From the NCBI RefSeq assembly GCF_003952005.1, contig NZ_QXGJ01000007.1, forward strand, positions 29,841 through 93,840: 64,000 bases of DNA. The letters run 5' to 3'. The notes under the pieces were generated by a model, which was not told the DNA's origin, ran no database searches, and was given only the letters and a program-made list of their open reading frames with translations. Shown here one piece after another: positions 18,107 to 28,623 of the stretch. A program made the translations under genes and the position numbers. This DNA comes from Bifidobacterium callimiconis. GTDB taxonomy: Bacteria > Actinomycetota > Actinomycetes > Actinomycetales > Bifidobacteriaceae. Positions within the stretch are counted from its first letter, which is position 1. The number at the start of each line of letters is the position of its first letter.

Positions 18107-20680
18107 ATGAAGAAATCCGACAAGATCATCGCCCTCGAATCCAACAGCGACTACATCCACATCACCACCGGCGGCAGCCAGCTGCGCGTCTACCTCGTCG
18201 ACGACGACACCATCCGCTTCCGCTGCACGTTCGACGAGGAATTCGCCCCCGAGCATTCGTACGCACTGGTCAAGACCGCGTGGGAGGACGATCTCGACGA
18301 ACTGTTCGCGAACGAACGCACCCGCGTCACGCCCATCGCGCCGAACGTCGAGGAAACCGACGACTACTACGTCACCCGCACCGCCAAACTCGAGATCCGT
18401 CTGACCAAAGACCCGTTCGGCATCGAGATCTACGACACCGACGGCAACCTGCTGTACAAGGATCTCAAGGAACGCACGTTCATGGAGGACTCGCACGGCC
18501 GTCGCTACCACTACTCCGTGATCAACGCCGGCGACCACTTCTACGGATTCGGCGAGAAGACCGGCAAGCTCAACAAGCGTCTGCAGTACCTGCGCATGCA
18601 CAACACCGACACCTGCGGTCACGATGCCGAACTGTCCGATCCTCTGTACAAGCACATCCCGTTCTACGTGCGCTTCAACGACCACACGCGCAAGGCCATC
18701 GGCGTGTTCTACAACAATCCGTTCGACTCCGCGTTCGATCTGGGCCGCGAGTGGAGCGGCTACTGGGACAAGTACTCGTTCTACTGCACCGACGGCGGCG
18801 ACGTCGACATGTTCTTCATCAACGGCCCGACCATCCCCGAGGTCGTGGAACGCTACACCGACCTGACCGGCAAGACCGCGCTGCCGCCGCTGGGCAACAC
18901 CGGCTACACGCATACCACGATGTTCTACACGGAACTCGAAAAGGACGTGGACAAGGCGATCCTCGAATTCGTGGATCGCTGCAAGGCCAACGACATTCCG
19001 TTTGACATGTTCGGCATGGCGTCCGGCTACACGTGCATGCCGAACGGCAAGCGCTACCAGTTCCACTGGAACAGCGCCAAGTTCCCCGATCCGGCCGCGT
19101 TCATGGCGGAGATGAAGAAGCGCGGCGTGGCCGTCACGCCCAACGTCAAGCCCGGCATCCTCACCACGCACCCCGACTACGACGAGTTCGCCGACGCCGG
19201 CGCGTTCGTCAAGGACGAGACGGGGAAGAAGCCGGAGAGCGAACGCTACTGGGGCGGTTTCGCAGGCTTCCCGGACTTCACCAGCAAGGCCGGACGCGAG
19301 ATCTGGGAGCGCCACATGACCGAGGCGCTGCTGGACAACGGCATCGAAGGCATCTGGGACGACAACTGCGAGTTCGACATCCAGAACGCCGACGCCGTGG
19401 TCGACGGCGACGGCCGACCCACCACCGTGGAGGGCATGAAGCCGGTGCTCGGCAACATGATGGCCTACACCGCCAACCACGCGCTCACCCAGGCCCGCCC
19501 GAACACGCGTCCGTTCATCATCAGCCGCGCCGGATTCGCCGGCATCCAGCGGTATGCGCAGACCTGGGCCGGCGACAACTACACCTGCTGGAAGACGCTC
19601 AAGTACAACATCCCCACCATCCTCAACATGGGCCTGTCCGGCGCTGCCAACCACGGCTGCGACATCGGCGGCTGGTTCGGCCCCGCGCCCGAGCCGGAAC
19701 TGCTGGTCCGCTGGTTCCAGGAGGGCGTGTTCATGCCGCGCTTCATGACGAACTCGTCGAACACCGACAACTCCGTCACCGAACCGTTCATGTACCCGAA
19801 CTACACGCCGTACATCTCCCGCGCCGTCAAGCTGCGCTACGCGCTCGCGCCCACCATGTACTCGCTGCTGCGCGAGGCGTCGGTCAAGGGAAGTCCCGTC
19901 ATGCGTCCGCTCGTCTACGAGTTCCCGAACGACCCGAACTGCTGGGACGAGAGCTTCGAGTTCATGTTCGGCCCGAACATCCTCGTGGCGAACGTGACCG
20001 ATCCGGGCGCCACCGAGAAGAGCGTGTACCTGCCGGCCGGCACCGACTGGTACGACTTCCGTTCCAAGAAGCGTTACGAGGGTGGACAGACGATCAGCGT
20101 GCCGGTGGATCTCGACACGATCCCCATGTTCCTGCGCGCCGGTGCGATCGTGCCGATGACCGATGGCGTGACCAACCTGCACACGCAGACGATCGACCAT
20201 CTCACGCTGCTGGTCGAGCCCAGCGCGGCCGGTTCGTTCACGCTGTACGAGGATGACGGCGAGACCAACGACTACAAGGGCGGCAAGTATCTGGCCACCA
20301 CGTTCGAGATCGCGCCGGGCGCGGCCGCCAATCCGTACAGCACCGATGGCGAGAACAACGCCGGCACGTTCCCGGCGAGCGACGAAAGCCATGAGGTGAC
20401 GGTCATCCGCGCCACCTGCGACGGTTCGTATGCCAGCCGCGTCGAGCGTGTGGAGATGGACGTGTTCACGCACAACGTGCAGCCGTTCACCGTGGCGATG
20501 TCCGGTCCGTCCGGCGAGCGCTTCATCGAGAAGTTCTTCGATCCGGCCAAGTGGGAGGCCGCCGACGAGGGCTGGCTGTACGACATGGAGACGCGCACCA
20601 CGCGCATCAAGTACGCCAATCCGTCCGGCGACTACGAGATCCGCGTCAACTACGCGATCAACGACCTCGTCAAGATGTAG
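18107..20680 (+). CDS. glycoside hydrolase family 31 (paralogue of 2061..4556)
   Basis: GIEGIWDDNCEFDI and QTWAGDN catalytic regions; co-linear with the first GH31. Confidence 0.85.
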   Translation: MKKSDKIIALESNSDYIHITTGGSQLRVYLVDDDTIRFRCTFDEEFAPEHSYALVKTAWEDDLDELFANERTRVTPIAPNVEETDDYYVTRTAKLEIRLTKDPFGIEIYDTDGNLLYKDLKERTFMEDSHGRRYHYSVINAGDHFYGFGEKTGKLNKRLQYLRMHNTDTCGHDAELSDPLYKHIPFYVRFNDHTRKAIGVFYNNPFDSAFDLGREWSGYWDKYSFYCTDGGDVDMFFINGPTIPEVVERYTDLTGKTALPPLGNTGYTHTTMFYTELEKDVDKAILEFVDRCKANDIPFDMFGMASGYTCMPNGKRYQFHWNSAKFPDPAAFMAEMKKRGVAVTPNVKPGILTTHPDYDEFADAGAFVKDETGKKPESERYWGGFAGFPDFTSKAGREIWERHMTEALLDNGIEGIWDDNCEFDIQNADAVVDGDGRPTTVEGMKPVLGNMMAYTANHALTQARPNTRPFIISRAGFAGIQRYAQTWAGDNYTCWKTLKYNIPTILNMGLSGAANHGCDIGGWFGPAPEPELLVRWFQEGVFMPRFMTNSSNTDNSVTEPFMYPNYTPYISRAVKLRYALAPTMYSLLREASVKGSPVMRPLVYEFPNDPNCWDESFEFMFGPNILVANVTDPGATEKSVYLPAGTDWYDFRSKKRYEGGQTISVPVDLDTIPMFLRAGAIVPMTDGVTNLHTQTIDHLTLLVEPSAAGSFTLYEDDGETNDYKGGKYLATTFEIAPGAAANPYSTDGENNAGTFPASDESHEVTVIRATCDGSYASRVERVEMDVFTHNVQPFTVAMSGPSGERFIEKFFDPAKWEAADEGWLYDMETRTTRIKYANPSGDYEIRVNYAINDLVKM

Positions 20681-20693
20681 CCTCCTCTCCCTC

Positions 20694-20915
20694 GTGCTCC
20701 CTCCGAGGGAGGGAGCTGGCCGGCTACGCCGGACTGAGGGAGGGATCTTGCTCCTCGCAGGCTTCACCTCATCAGTCAGCCTTCGGCTGCCAGCTTCCCC
20801 TCAAGGGGAAGCCGGGTCATCCCTCCTTCATCCTTCCCCTCAAGGGGAAGCCCGGTCATCTCTCTTCTTCTCCTTCCCCTTGAGGGGAAGGAGTCGGCGT
20901 CAGCCGACGGATGAG
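20694..20915. repeat. repeat cluster: family-A unit + family-C array (ttcccctcaaggggaag hairpins, cggctgccagc…gccgacggatgaggtg)
   Basis: Read directly; begins 14 bp after the GH31 stop. Confidence 0.8.
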
Positions 20916-20957
20916 GTGACCGCCAGCCCCTCCTCCGGGAAACCCAACGAAAACCAC

Positions 20958-22055
20958 TCACCCGATCCCCGCCGCGATAAGTGGATTGATGGCGGCGATG
21001 CTGTCCCGTTGCACGAACGACGATTCGAAATGCAACGGCACGGCATCGCCGCCATCGTCGTTTACGCCGGCCGTTCCGTCAGCGCCGCCGATTCCACCGC
21101 CGGGCGCGATGTGCAGCAGCCGGTCGATCACGATCTTTGCCGCCGCATGGCCCATGTCGCGCCGCGGGAACGATATCGTGCTCAACGACGGCGTGATCGC
21201 CCGTCCCATGGGAATGTCGTCGATGCCCATCACCGAGATCTGCTGCGGCACGCCGATGCCGTGCGATTCGAGGAACCGTATGAACTCCACGGCGATGGCG
21301 TCGTTGAACGCGATCACCGCCGTGGTCGGCCGCTCCATGAACGCGTCGAACGCCGCGGGGGCGTTGCCGTCCAATGGGTAGGCGCAGGGCAGGAGTCGGC
21401 AAGTCAGGCCCATCGTCTGGCATGTGGTGAGGATCGTGTTGCGTCGAACGCCGTTCTGCCATGAGTTGTCCGGTCCGGCGATGTAGCTGATCGACCGGTG
21501 CCCGAGCCGTGCGAACACGCCGATGGCCCGGCGTAGGCTCGGCGCGCAGTCGAAGGTCACGCTGGTCACGCCCGGTACCACGCGGTTGAGTACCACTACG
21601 GGTTTGAGCTGCGCGAGTTTGCGAATGGCCGTGTCGGGCATGCGCGTGGAGTCGAGGATCACGCCGTCCACGTGGTTGAGACTGCGTTTGATGATGGCGA
21701 GCTCGGCCGATGTGTCCTCTTCGGTGTCGTTGACCATGAGCCCGTAGTTCTTTTCCACGCAGTACTGCTGCACGCCGCGCGCGTATTGTGCGGAAATCGG
21801 ATTCTCCAGATCGGTGACCACGATCGAGATGAGTCCGCGCAGTTCGTCGTCCTCACGGCTGTGGTGCACGATCGTCTCGGTGCGGTAGCCCAGCTCTTCC
21901 GCGGCGTCATGTACGCGGCGCAGTGTGGCGGCGCTCACCTTGCCGGGGCGTGAGAACGCTCTCGATACGGTGGCGATGGACACACCGGCCGCCTGTGCCA
22001 CGTCCCAGATCGTCGCCTGGCCCGGCTTCGCCCGTTCCGTTCGATTGTCGTTCAT
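20958..22055 (-). CDS. LacI-family transcriptional regulator
   Basis: HTH ATIWDVAQAAGVSIATVSRAF; RBS gggagg; downstream member of a two-LacI operon. Confidence 0.8.
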   Translation of the reverse strand: MNDNRTERAKPGQATIWDVAQAAGVSIATVSRAFSRPGKVSAATLRRVHDAAEELGYRTETIVHHSREDDELRGLISIVVTDLENPISAQYARGVQQYCVEKNYGLMVNDTEEDTSAELAIIKRSLNHVDGVILDSTRMPDTAIRKLAQLKPVVVLNRVVPGVTSVTFDCAPSLRRAIGVFARLGHRSISYIAGPDNSWQNGVRRNTILTTCQTMGLTCRLLPCAYPLDGNAPAAFDAFMERPTTAVIAFNDAIAVEFIRFLESHGIGVPQQISVMGIDDIPMGRAITPSLSTISFPRRDMGHAAAKIVIDRLLHIAPGGGIGGADGTAGVNDDGGDAVPLHFESSFVQRDSIAAINPLIAAGIG

Positions 22056-22071
22056 GAGCCTCCCGCCGTTG

Positions 22072-23103
22072 CTATTCCACTGCCGGGATCGGCTGATCCG
22101 GCGCCGGTCCCACGCTTTCGCGTTCGATGAACGTCGAGTATCGTACGACTGGCGTGGTGCTGCCGTCCGACGTGTGCAGAATCTTGGAGATGAGCTTGCT
22201 CGACGCGTCGGAGCCCATCTCCTCGCGCGGGATGTGCACAGTCGCCAGCGGCGGATTGCTGCGCGCCGACTCCGGCGTATCGTCGATGCCGATCACCGAC
22301 ACCTGTTCGGGGACGCGGATGTCGGCCGAGGCGAGCAGATCCATGAACTGCAGGGCGAAGATGTCGTTGAACAGCACCACGGCGGTGGTGGGGCTGCGCA
22401 TGAACTCGCGGAACGCGTCTTCCATGAGCGAGCCGGTGGCGCGTGTGGGCAGATGCGGGCCGGCGATGCGGCGCAGTTTGATCTGTTCGCGTTGGCATGC
22501 CACGAGCAGCGCCTGCCAGCGCAGTCCGTTCTGCCAGGAATTGTCGGGTCCGGCCACGTAGCTGATCGATCGGTGGCCGAGCGCCTTGAGCCGTCGCACG
22601 ATCTTGGTGAGCACGGGGCGATCGTCGCTGATCACTGACTGCACGCCGCTGACGAGTCGGTTGACCACTACGGTCGGGCGCATCTGCGCGGCCTTGCGCA
22701 CGGTGGAGTCGGACAGTCGCGACGACGTGAGGATCAGTCCGTCCACCTGCGAGGTCATGCGCATGATCGTGCTGCGTTCCAGATCGCGGTTTTCCTCGGT
22801 GATGGCCGTGAGCAGAATGAAGTTGCGGTCGAGACACGGCTTCTGCATGCCGTCCACGAAGTCGGCGAACACGGAGTATTTGAGATCGCTGGCGGTGGTG
22901 AGGATCATGCCACGTAGCGCATCGTCGTTCTGCGGTTCGAGATTCTTGGTGCGATACCCCAGTCGTTCCGCCACTTCGCGCACTTTCGTGGCGGTTTCCA
23001 GATTCACCCTGCCGGGTCGTGACAGTGCTCGGGAGACCGTGGTGGGGGAGACTCCTGCCTCCTTCGCCACGTCGCGGATGGTGACCTTCATGGATTCGCT
23101 CAT
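22072..23103 (-). CDS. LacI-family transcriptional regulator
   Basis: HTH VTIRDVAKEAGVSPTTVSRAL; stop 16 bp upstream of the next LacI gene. Confidence 0.8.
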   Translation of the reverse strand: MSESMKVTIRDVAKEAGVSPTTVSRALSRPGRVNLETATKVREVAERLGYRTKNLEPQNDDALRGMILTTASDLKYSVFADFVDGMQKPCLDRNFILLTAITEENRDLERSTIMRMTSQVDGLILTSSRLSDSTVRKAAQMRPTVVVNRLVSGVQSVISDDRPVLTKIVRRLKALGHRSISYVAGPDNSWQNGLRWQALLVACQREQIKLRRIAGPHLPTRATGSLMEDAFREFMRSPTTAVVLFNDIFALQFMDLLASADIRVPEQVSVIGIDDTPESARSNPPLATVHIPREEMGSDASSKLISKILHTSDGSTTPVVRYSTFIERESVGPAPDQPIPAVE

Positions 23104-23239
23104 CGGTATGCTCCTATGCTGTTCGTCGGGCGGATGCGACCTTCCTCGGCCCGTCCGTCCGTTTTCATGCTAACCGCTGCCCGCGCCGCATTCCAGTATT
23201 TTCACATGAATAGTTATCGACAGGTAAGTTTCGTGACAT

Positions 23240-23680
23240 GGTTTTCCTTCCCTTTGAGAGGAAACCCAGCCGTCCCTCCTTTTCCTTCCCCTCGGGAAAC
23301 TCGGTAGGGCTGCTCGCTCTTCTCCATCCTTCCCCTTGAGGGGAAGGTGTCGGCGCTAGCCGACGGATGAGGTGCAACGCTTCTGCTTGATTCCCTCGTG
23401 CTCCCTCCGAGGGAGGGAGCTGGCCGGCTACGCCGGACTGAGGGAGGGCACGCATCCTTTCAGGTCCTATTCCCACCTCATCAGTCAGCCTTCGGCTGCC
23501 AGCTTCCCCTCAAGGGGAAGCCCGCTCGTCCCTCCTTTTTCCTTCCTCTCAGCGGTAAGCCCGACAAGGTGTCCATCTTTTCATCCTTTCTCTCAACGGG
23601 AAACTCGGTAAGGCCGCTCGTCCTTCTCCATCCTTCCCCTTGAGGGGAAGGTGTCGGCGCAGCCGACGGATGAGGTGATT
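23240..23680. repeat. large repeat cluster (family-C + family-A + family-C)
   Basis: Multiple ccccttgaggggaagg hairpins and a gtgctccctccgagggagggagctggccggctacgccggactgagggaggg unit. Confidence 0.8.
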
Positions 23681-23731
23681 CGCATCAGCGAACGCAAGAT
23701 ACGCATCGGCACAGCCAATTCCTCACCCCTG

Positions 23732-23748
23732 TGGAAAACTATGGAAAG
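23732..23748 (+). promoter_or_regulatory. TGGAAAA-N3-TGGAAAG motif (site e), with conserved ATAAAGTGAGAA box ~30 bp downstream
   Basis: tggaaaactatggaaag … gcataaagtgagaatcac; upstream of the GH2 gene. Confidence 0.45.
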
Positions 23749-23920
23749 AAAATCCACCCCCGTTTTTCTCGCATAAAGTGAGAATCACTGGAACGGAACC
23801 GACAACGAGGTACCGGTACCGCTCCTTCAACCTCGACCAAGCACACACTCAACCGAACTCACCTCAGTATGGTCCGCGCGCATCGATCGCACGCCGACCC
23901 GGAACAAAAGGATGGCACAC

Positions 23921-26224
23921 ATGCGTTTTTCCGAAACCCTTCACGATGGATGGCTCTTCACTAAGGAGGCCGTCGACGGCGTTCCCGCCTACGCTCCGGG
24001 TCCCGAATGGGAGGCCGTTGAGGTTCCCCACACCTGGAACGCGTTCGACGGTCAGGACGGCGGATCCGACTACTACCGCGGCGCCTGCTGGTACGTGCGT
24101 CAGCTGACCCTCAAGCCCCATGCCCCCGAGACCCGCGTGTACCTGGAGTTCCAGGGCGCGGCGAACGTGGCCGAAGTCTACGTCAACGGCTGCAAGGTCA
24201 CCGAGCACGTCGGCGGCTACTCCACGTTCCGCGCCGATATCACTACTGCGCTCATGCCGGGCGAGAACGTGCTGGCTGTGAAGGTGAGCAATGAGGAGCG
24301 TTCCGACGTCTACCCGCAGATGGCCGACTTCACCTTCTACGGTGGTCTGTATCGTCCGGTCGAGGTGCTGTACGTCAACCCGACCCACTTCGATCTCGAC
24401 TACCATGCCGGCCCCGGTGTGACTGTCTCCTCCACGATCAAGGACGGCGCCGCGGTGCTCGACGCCCGTGCGTGGGTGACCGATGCCGCCGAGGGCGACG
24501 TGGTCAACTTCCAGATCTTCGACGACGACGGCAACGAGGTGGCGTCCGCCGCCCAGCCGGCCGACGTTGACGGCGGCAAGGTCCGCACCGAAATCGTCAT
24601 TCCCGACGCCCACCTGTGGCAGGGCGTGGAGGACCCGTACCTGTACGAGGTCGTCGCCACGATCATTCGTCACAACGAAGTGCTCGACGAGGTTTCGTTC
24701 CTGCACGGCGTGCGCGAATTCCGCTTCGACCCGCAGGAAGGCTTCTTCCTCAACGGCAAGCTCACCCCGCTGCGCGGCGTCTCCCGCCACCAGGACCGCC
24801 TCGGCAAGGGCAATGCGCTGAGCCTCGAGGATCACGTCGAGGACGCCTACCTGATCAAGGAACTGGGCGCCAACACCATCCGTCTGGCCCACTACCAGCA
24901 GTCCCGAGACTTCTATGATCTGTGCGACCAGCTTGGCTTCGTGATCTGGGCTGAGATCCCGTTCATCTCCAAGATGAACGACGATCCGGCCGCGCATCAG
25001 GACTGCCTGAGCCAGATGACCGAGCTCGTGATCCAGAACTTCAACCACGCGTCGATCCTCATGTGGGGCATCTCCAACGAGATCCTCATCGGCGGCGACA
25101 GCCCGCAGCTCGTGCAGAACCTCAAGGAACTCAACGATCTGGCCCACTCGCTCGACCAGACCCGCGTCACCACCATGGCGCAGGTGTCCAACACCCCCAA
25201 GGACTCCGAGCACAACCAGATCACCGACATCCTCAGCTACAACCACTACTTCGGCTGGTACGGCGGTCACCTCGAGGACAACGAGGCCTGGCTCGACGAC
25301 TTCCACGCCATGCACCCGGACCGCTCCTTCGGCCTGTCCGAGTACGGCTGCGAAGGCATCATCAGCTACCACACCGACGATCCGCAGTGCGGCGACTACT
25401 CCGAGGAGTACCAGGCGCTCTACCACGAGCACATGGCCCGCATCATCGACGAGCGTCCGTGGCTGTGGGGCACCCACGTGTGGAACATGTTCGACTTCGG
25501 CTGCGACGCCCGCAAGGAGGGCGGCGTCGAAGGCCGCAACAACAAGGGTCTGGTGACCATCGACCGCAAGATCAAGAAGGACTCCTTCTTCATCTACCAG
25601 GCGTACTGGTCGGCCGAGCCGATGGTGCACATCTGCTCCAAGCGCTACGCCCGCCGCGCCGCCGACACGATCGACGTCAAGGTCTACTCCAACCAGCCCG
25701 AGGTGGCGCTGTCCGTGGACGGCAAGCCGTTCGCCACGCTGGCCGCCTCCGCGCAGGACGATCCGCACATCTTCGTGTTCAAGGACGTGCCGCTCGCCGA
25801 GGGCTACACGCATGTGACCGCCCGTGCCGGCATCGCCGAGGACTCCGCCACCTGGCAGAAGGTCGCCGAACCGTACGAGCCGTACAAGTTCGTCGATCCG
25901 GAGGGCGGCAACATCGTCATGAACTGGTTCGACGATGTCTCCGCCGACGACGGTCTGGCCGTCGACGCCCCGTACGACGAGTCCTGCTACTCGGTGCACG
26001 ACACCGTCAGCGTGATCCTCGACAACCCCGAGGCCTCCGCCACGGTGACCAACGCCGCGTCCAGCATCGCGAACATGAGGATCAAGGCCAGCATGCTCGG
26101 CGTGCTTGGCAACAAGAGCCTCGTCGAGATGTTCGACCAGCTGCGCAGCATGTCCGGCAAGGCCGAGGATCTGGACCAGAAGCTCGCCTACCTCAACAAG
26201 CAGCTCCAGCAGATCAAGAAGTAG
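23921..26224 (+). CDS. glycoside hydrolase family 2 (beta-galactosidase/beta-glucuronidase-like)
   Basis: GH2 sugar-binding/Ig/TIM architecture; …ANTIRLAHYQQS…, WAEIPF, GLSEYGCEG nucleophile region; start ATG 23921 (or 23912). Confidence 0.8.
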   Translation: MRFSETLHDGWLFTKEAVDGVPAYAPGPEWEAVEVPHTWNAFDGQDGGSDYYRGACWYVRQLTLKPHAPETRVYLEFQGAANVAEVYVNGCKVTEHVGGYSTFRADITTALMPGENVLAVKVSNEERSDVYPQMADFTFYGGLYRPVEVLYVNPTHFDLDYHAGPGVTVSSTIKDGAAVLDARAWVTDAAEGDVVNFQIFDDDGNEVASAAQPADVDGGKVRTEIVIPDAHLWQGVEDPYLYEVVATIIRHNEVLDEVSFLHGVREFRFDPQEGFFLNGKLTPLRGVSRHQDRLGKGNALSLEDHVEDAYLIKELGANTIRLAHYQQSRDFYDLCDQLGFVIWAEIPFISKMNDDPAAHQDCLSQMTELVIQNFNHASILMWGISNEILIGGDSPQLVQNLKELNDLAHSLDQTRVTTMAQVSNTPKDSEHNQITDILSYNHYFGWYGGHLEDNEAWLDDFHAMHPDRSFGLSEYGCEGIISYHTDDPQCGDYSEEYQALYHEHMARIIDERPWLWGTHVWNMFDFGCDARKEGGVEGRNNKGLVTIDRKIKKDSFFIYQAYWSAEPMVHICSKRYARRAADTIDVKVYSNQPEVALSVDGKPFATLAASAQDDPHIFVFKDVPLAEGYTHVTARAGIAEDSATWQKVAEPYEPYKFVDPEGGNIVMNWFDDVSADDGLAVDAPYDESCYSVHDTVSVILDNPEASATVTNAASSIANMRIKASMLGVLGNKSLVEMFDQLRSMSGKAEDLDQKLAYLNKQLQQIKK

Positions 26225-26351
26225 CTTCCAGCCCGGTCCGACAGGACCCTGTGCATTCGTATCGCCTTGTGCGATGCCGCTATATCCAGAGCCCCGAAGC
26301 GTGTTCCCTTCCCCACGCTTCGGGGCGTTTTCATACTCTCCTTCGATCCCA

Positions 26352-26702
26352 TCGTGCTCCCTCCGAGGGAGGGAGCTGTCCGGCTACGCCGGACTGAGGG
26401 AGGGCTCGCATCCTTTCCGGTTCCATTCCCGCCTCATCAGTCAGCCTTCGGCTGCCAGCTTCCCCTCAAGGGGAAGCCGAGCAAAGCCGTCCGCCCTTCG
26501 TCATCCTTCTCTTCAAGGGGAAGCCCGGCAAGGCCGGCCATTCTTCCCCTCAAGGGGAAGCCGGGTCGTCCCTCCTTCTTCCTTCCCCTTGAGGGGAAGG
26601 CGTCGGCGCAGCCGACGGATGAGGTGCATCACTTTCGCCTGATCCCATCGTGCTCCCTCCATGGGAGGGAGCTGTCCGGCAAAGCCGGACTGAGGGAGGG
26701 AT
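26352..26702. repeat. large repeat cluster (family-A, family-C array, family-A)
   Basis: Read directly. Confidence 0.8.
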
Positions 26703-26746
26703 CCAACGCCCCGAAAACCTCCCACTCACCCCATCCCCACCTCCCG

Positions 26747-26763
26747 CGGAAACTCGTGGAAAC
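26747..26763 (+). promoter_or_regulatory. (C)GGAAAC-N3-TGGAAAC motif (site f), with conserved ATAAAGTGGGAA box downstream
   Basis: cggaaactcgtggaaac … gtataaagtgggaaccac; upstream of the GPH transporter/uidA. Confidence 0.45.
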
Positions 26764-27000
26764 ATTTTCGTCGCCATGTTTCCCCGTATAAAGTGGGAAC
26801 CACGCAGCGAGGCGATATGAACAACATTCATCCACGCTGCAAAGAGAAGTAACAGCAACATACCCACGTCACGCACAAACAGGGCCGTGCGTGTTCGACT
26901 ACCGCTTTGAAACCTGGCAAGTGAAAAAGCGCATCCGCACGAGGAAGCGTGGATGTTTGGTCTCCGAAAAAATCTGGCTCTGTCATGCCCAAGGGAGGGA

Positions 27001-28449
27001 ATGAAAGCAATGAGTGCTGCAAGCAATGCCAAGGCGGTCAAGCCGTTCGGCATGAAGGATAAAGTCGGCTACATGTTCGGCGACTGGGGAAATGACTTCA
27101 TGTTCATTTTCGCCAGCTCGTTCCTCATGGTGTTCTACACCAAGGTGATGGGCATCTCCGGCGCTGTGGTCGGTACCCTGTTCCTGATCGCACGAATCAT
27201 CGACGCCTTCGCCGACGTCACCGTGGGCGTGGTGGTCGACAAGGCCAAGACCCACCCGAACGGCAAGTACCGCGTCATCATGATGCGCATGGCCGCTCCG
27301 GTCACCATCTTCTCGTTCCTGATGTACCAGACCTTCGCCATCAACTCCTCGATGGGCGTCAAGATCGCATACATGTACGTCACGTACATCGTCTGGGGCA
27401 TCCTCTACTCCTGCGTGAACATCCCCTACGGTTCCATGGCCTCCGTGATCTCGCCCGAGCCCGAGCACCGCACCAGCCTCTCCACCTTCCGTACCGTGGG
27501 CGCCACCTGCGCCTCGCTGATCATCGGTGTGGTCGCCCCGCTCATCATCTACACCAAGGACGAAGCCGGCAACCAGATCATCCGTGGCGGTGAGGGCACG
27601 CACATCTTCATGTGGGTCTCCCTGATCTTCGCCGTCGGTTCCTTCCTCTGCTACTTCATCTGCTACAAGATGTCCACCGAGCGCGTCAAGGCCGAGGATC
27701 ACTCCGGCGCCAGCGCCGCCGAGGAGCGCAAGTCCATCGGTCACATGCTCTCCAGCGCCTTCTCGTCCCGCGCTATGGCCGGCATCATCGGCGCCGCCAT
27801 CGCTCTGCTGATGGCCATGCTGTTCATGCAGCAGATGGCGAACTACCTCTTCACCGACTACTTCAAGAGCTCCGCCCTGCTGTCCACCGTGAACCTGATC
27901 TGCAGCGTGCTCACCTTCGCCATCGCGCCGTTCGCTCAGCCGCTGGCCAAGAAGGTCGGACACAAGGTCATGGGTGTCACCGGTTCGATCATCGGCTGCG
28001 CCTGCATGTTCATCCTGTACGTCATCCACACCACCAACGCCGTGCTGTTCTCGGCCCTGTACATCCTGACCTTCCTGGGCATCGGCCTGTTCAACATCGT
28101 GATCTGGGCCATGATTACCGAGGTCATCGACGACATCGAAGTGCACAAGGGTGTTCGTGAGGACGCCACCTGCTACTCCGTGTACTCTTTCGCCCGCAAG
28201 CTCGGTCAGGCGTTCGCCGGTTGGTTCTCCGGTGCCGCCCTCGGCTGGATCGGCTACAAGGAAGGCGCTGCGGTGGTGCAGTCCCAGGAGACGCTGGATG
28301 GCCTGTACATGTACGTCACCCTGCTGCCCGCCATCTTCTTCGGCGTCATGCTCCTGATCCTCATCTTCATCTACCCGCTGAACAAGAAGCGCGTGGATTC
28401 CAACGCCGCGGCCCTCAAGGCCAAGCGTGAGGCCAAGGCCGAAGCCTGA
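27001..28449 (+). CDS. GPH-family glucuronide/glycoside:cation symporter (UidB/GusB-like candidate)
   Basis: ~75 % identical to the 13403..14845 product; immediately upstream of uidA; RBS agggaggg. Confidence 0.75.
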   Translation: MKAMSAASNAKAVKPFGMKDKVGYMFGDWGNDFMFIFASSFLMVFYTKVMGISGAVVGTLFLIARIIDAFADVTVGVVVDKAKTHPNGKYRVIMMRMAAPVTIFSFLMYQTFAINSSMGVKIAYMYVTYIVWGILYSCVNIPYGSMASVISPEPEHRTSLSTFRTVGATCASLIIGVVAPLIIYTKDEAGNQIIRGGEGTHIFMWVSLIFAVGSFLCYFICYKMSTERVKAEDHSGASAAEERKSIGHMLSSAFSSRAMAGIIGAAIALLMAMLFMQQMANYLFTDYFKSSALLSTVNLICSVLTFAIAPFAQPLAKKVGHKVMGVTGSIIGCACMFILYVIHTTNAVLFSALYILTFLGIGLFNIVIWAMITEVIDDIEVHKGVREDATCYSVYSFARKLGQAFAGWFSGAALGWIGYKEGAAVVQSQETLDGLYMYVTLLPAIFFGVMLLILIFIYPLNKKRVDSNAAALKAKREAKAEA

Positions 28450-28503
28450 TAATCCTCGAAGGGCTCCCACCACGGGAGCCCTTCCCATTACCCCTCGCTT
28501 TAC

Positions 28504-28555
28504 GTGCTCCCTCCAGGGGAGGGAGCTGTCACGCGAACGCGTGACTGAGGGAGGG
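28504..28555. repeat. family-A repeat unit
   Basis: gtgctccctccaggggagggagctgtcacgcgaacgcgtgactgagggaggg. Confidence 0.8.
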
Positions 28556-28623
28556 CTTCCATACCCGCGCACCTATCCAAATCTGTCCATCCATCCACTC
28601 ACCCCAACCGAAAGAAGACAACG

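Noticed and set aside
23372-23643. Small ORFs whose products contain PPREGAGRLRRTEGG / LPLKGKPG peptides. Also seen at 20430.., 26106.., 26267.., 30472.. and 33106...
   Set aside because: These are translations of the family-A and family-C repeat elements (gagggagggagctggccggc… / ccctcaaggggaagcc…). The same peptides recur wherever the repeats occur.
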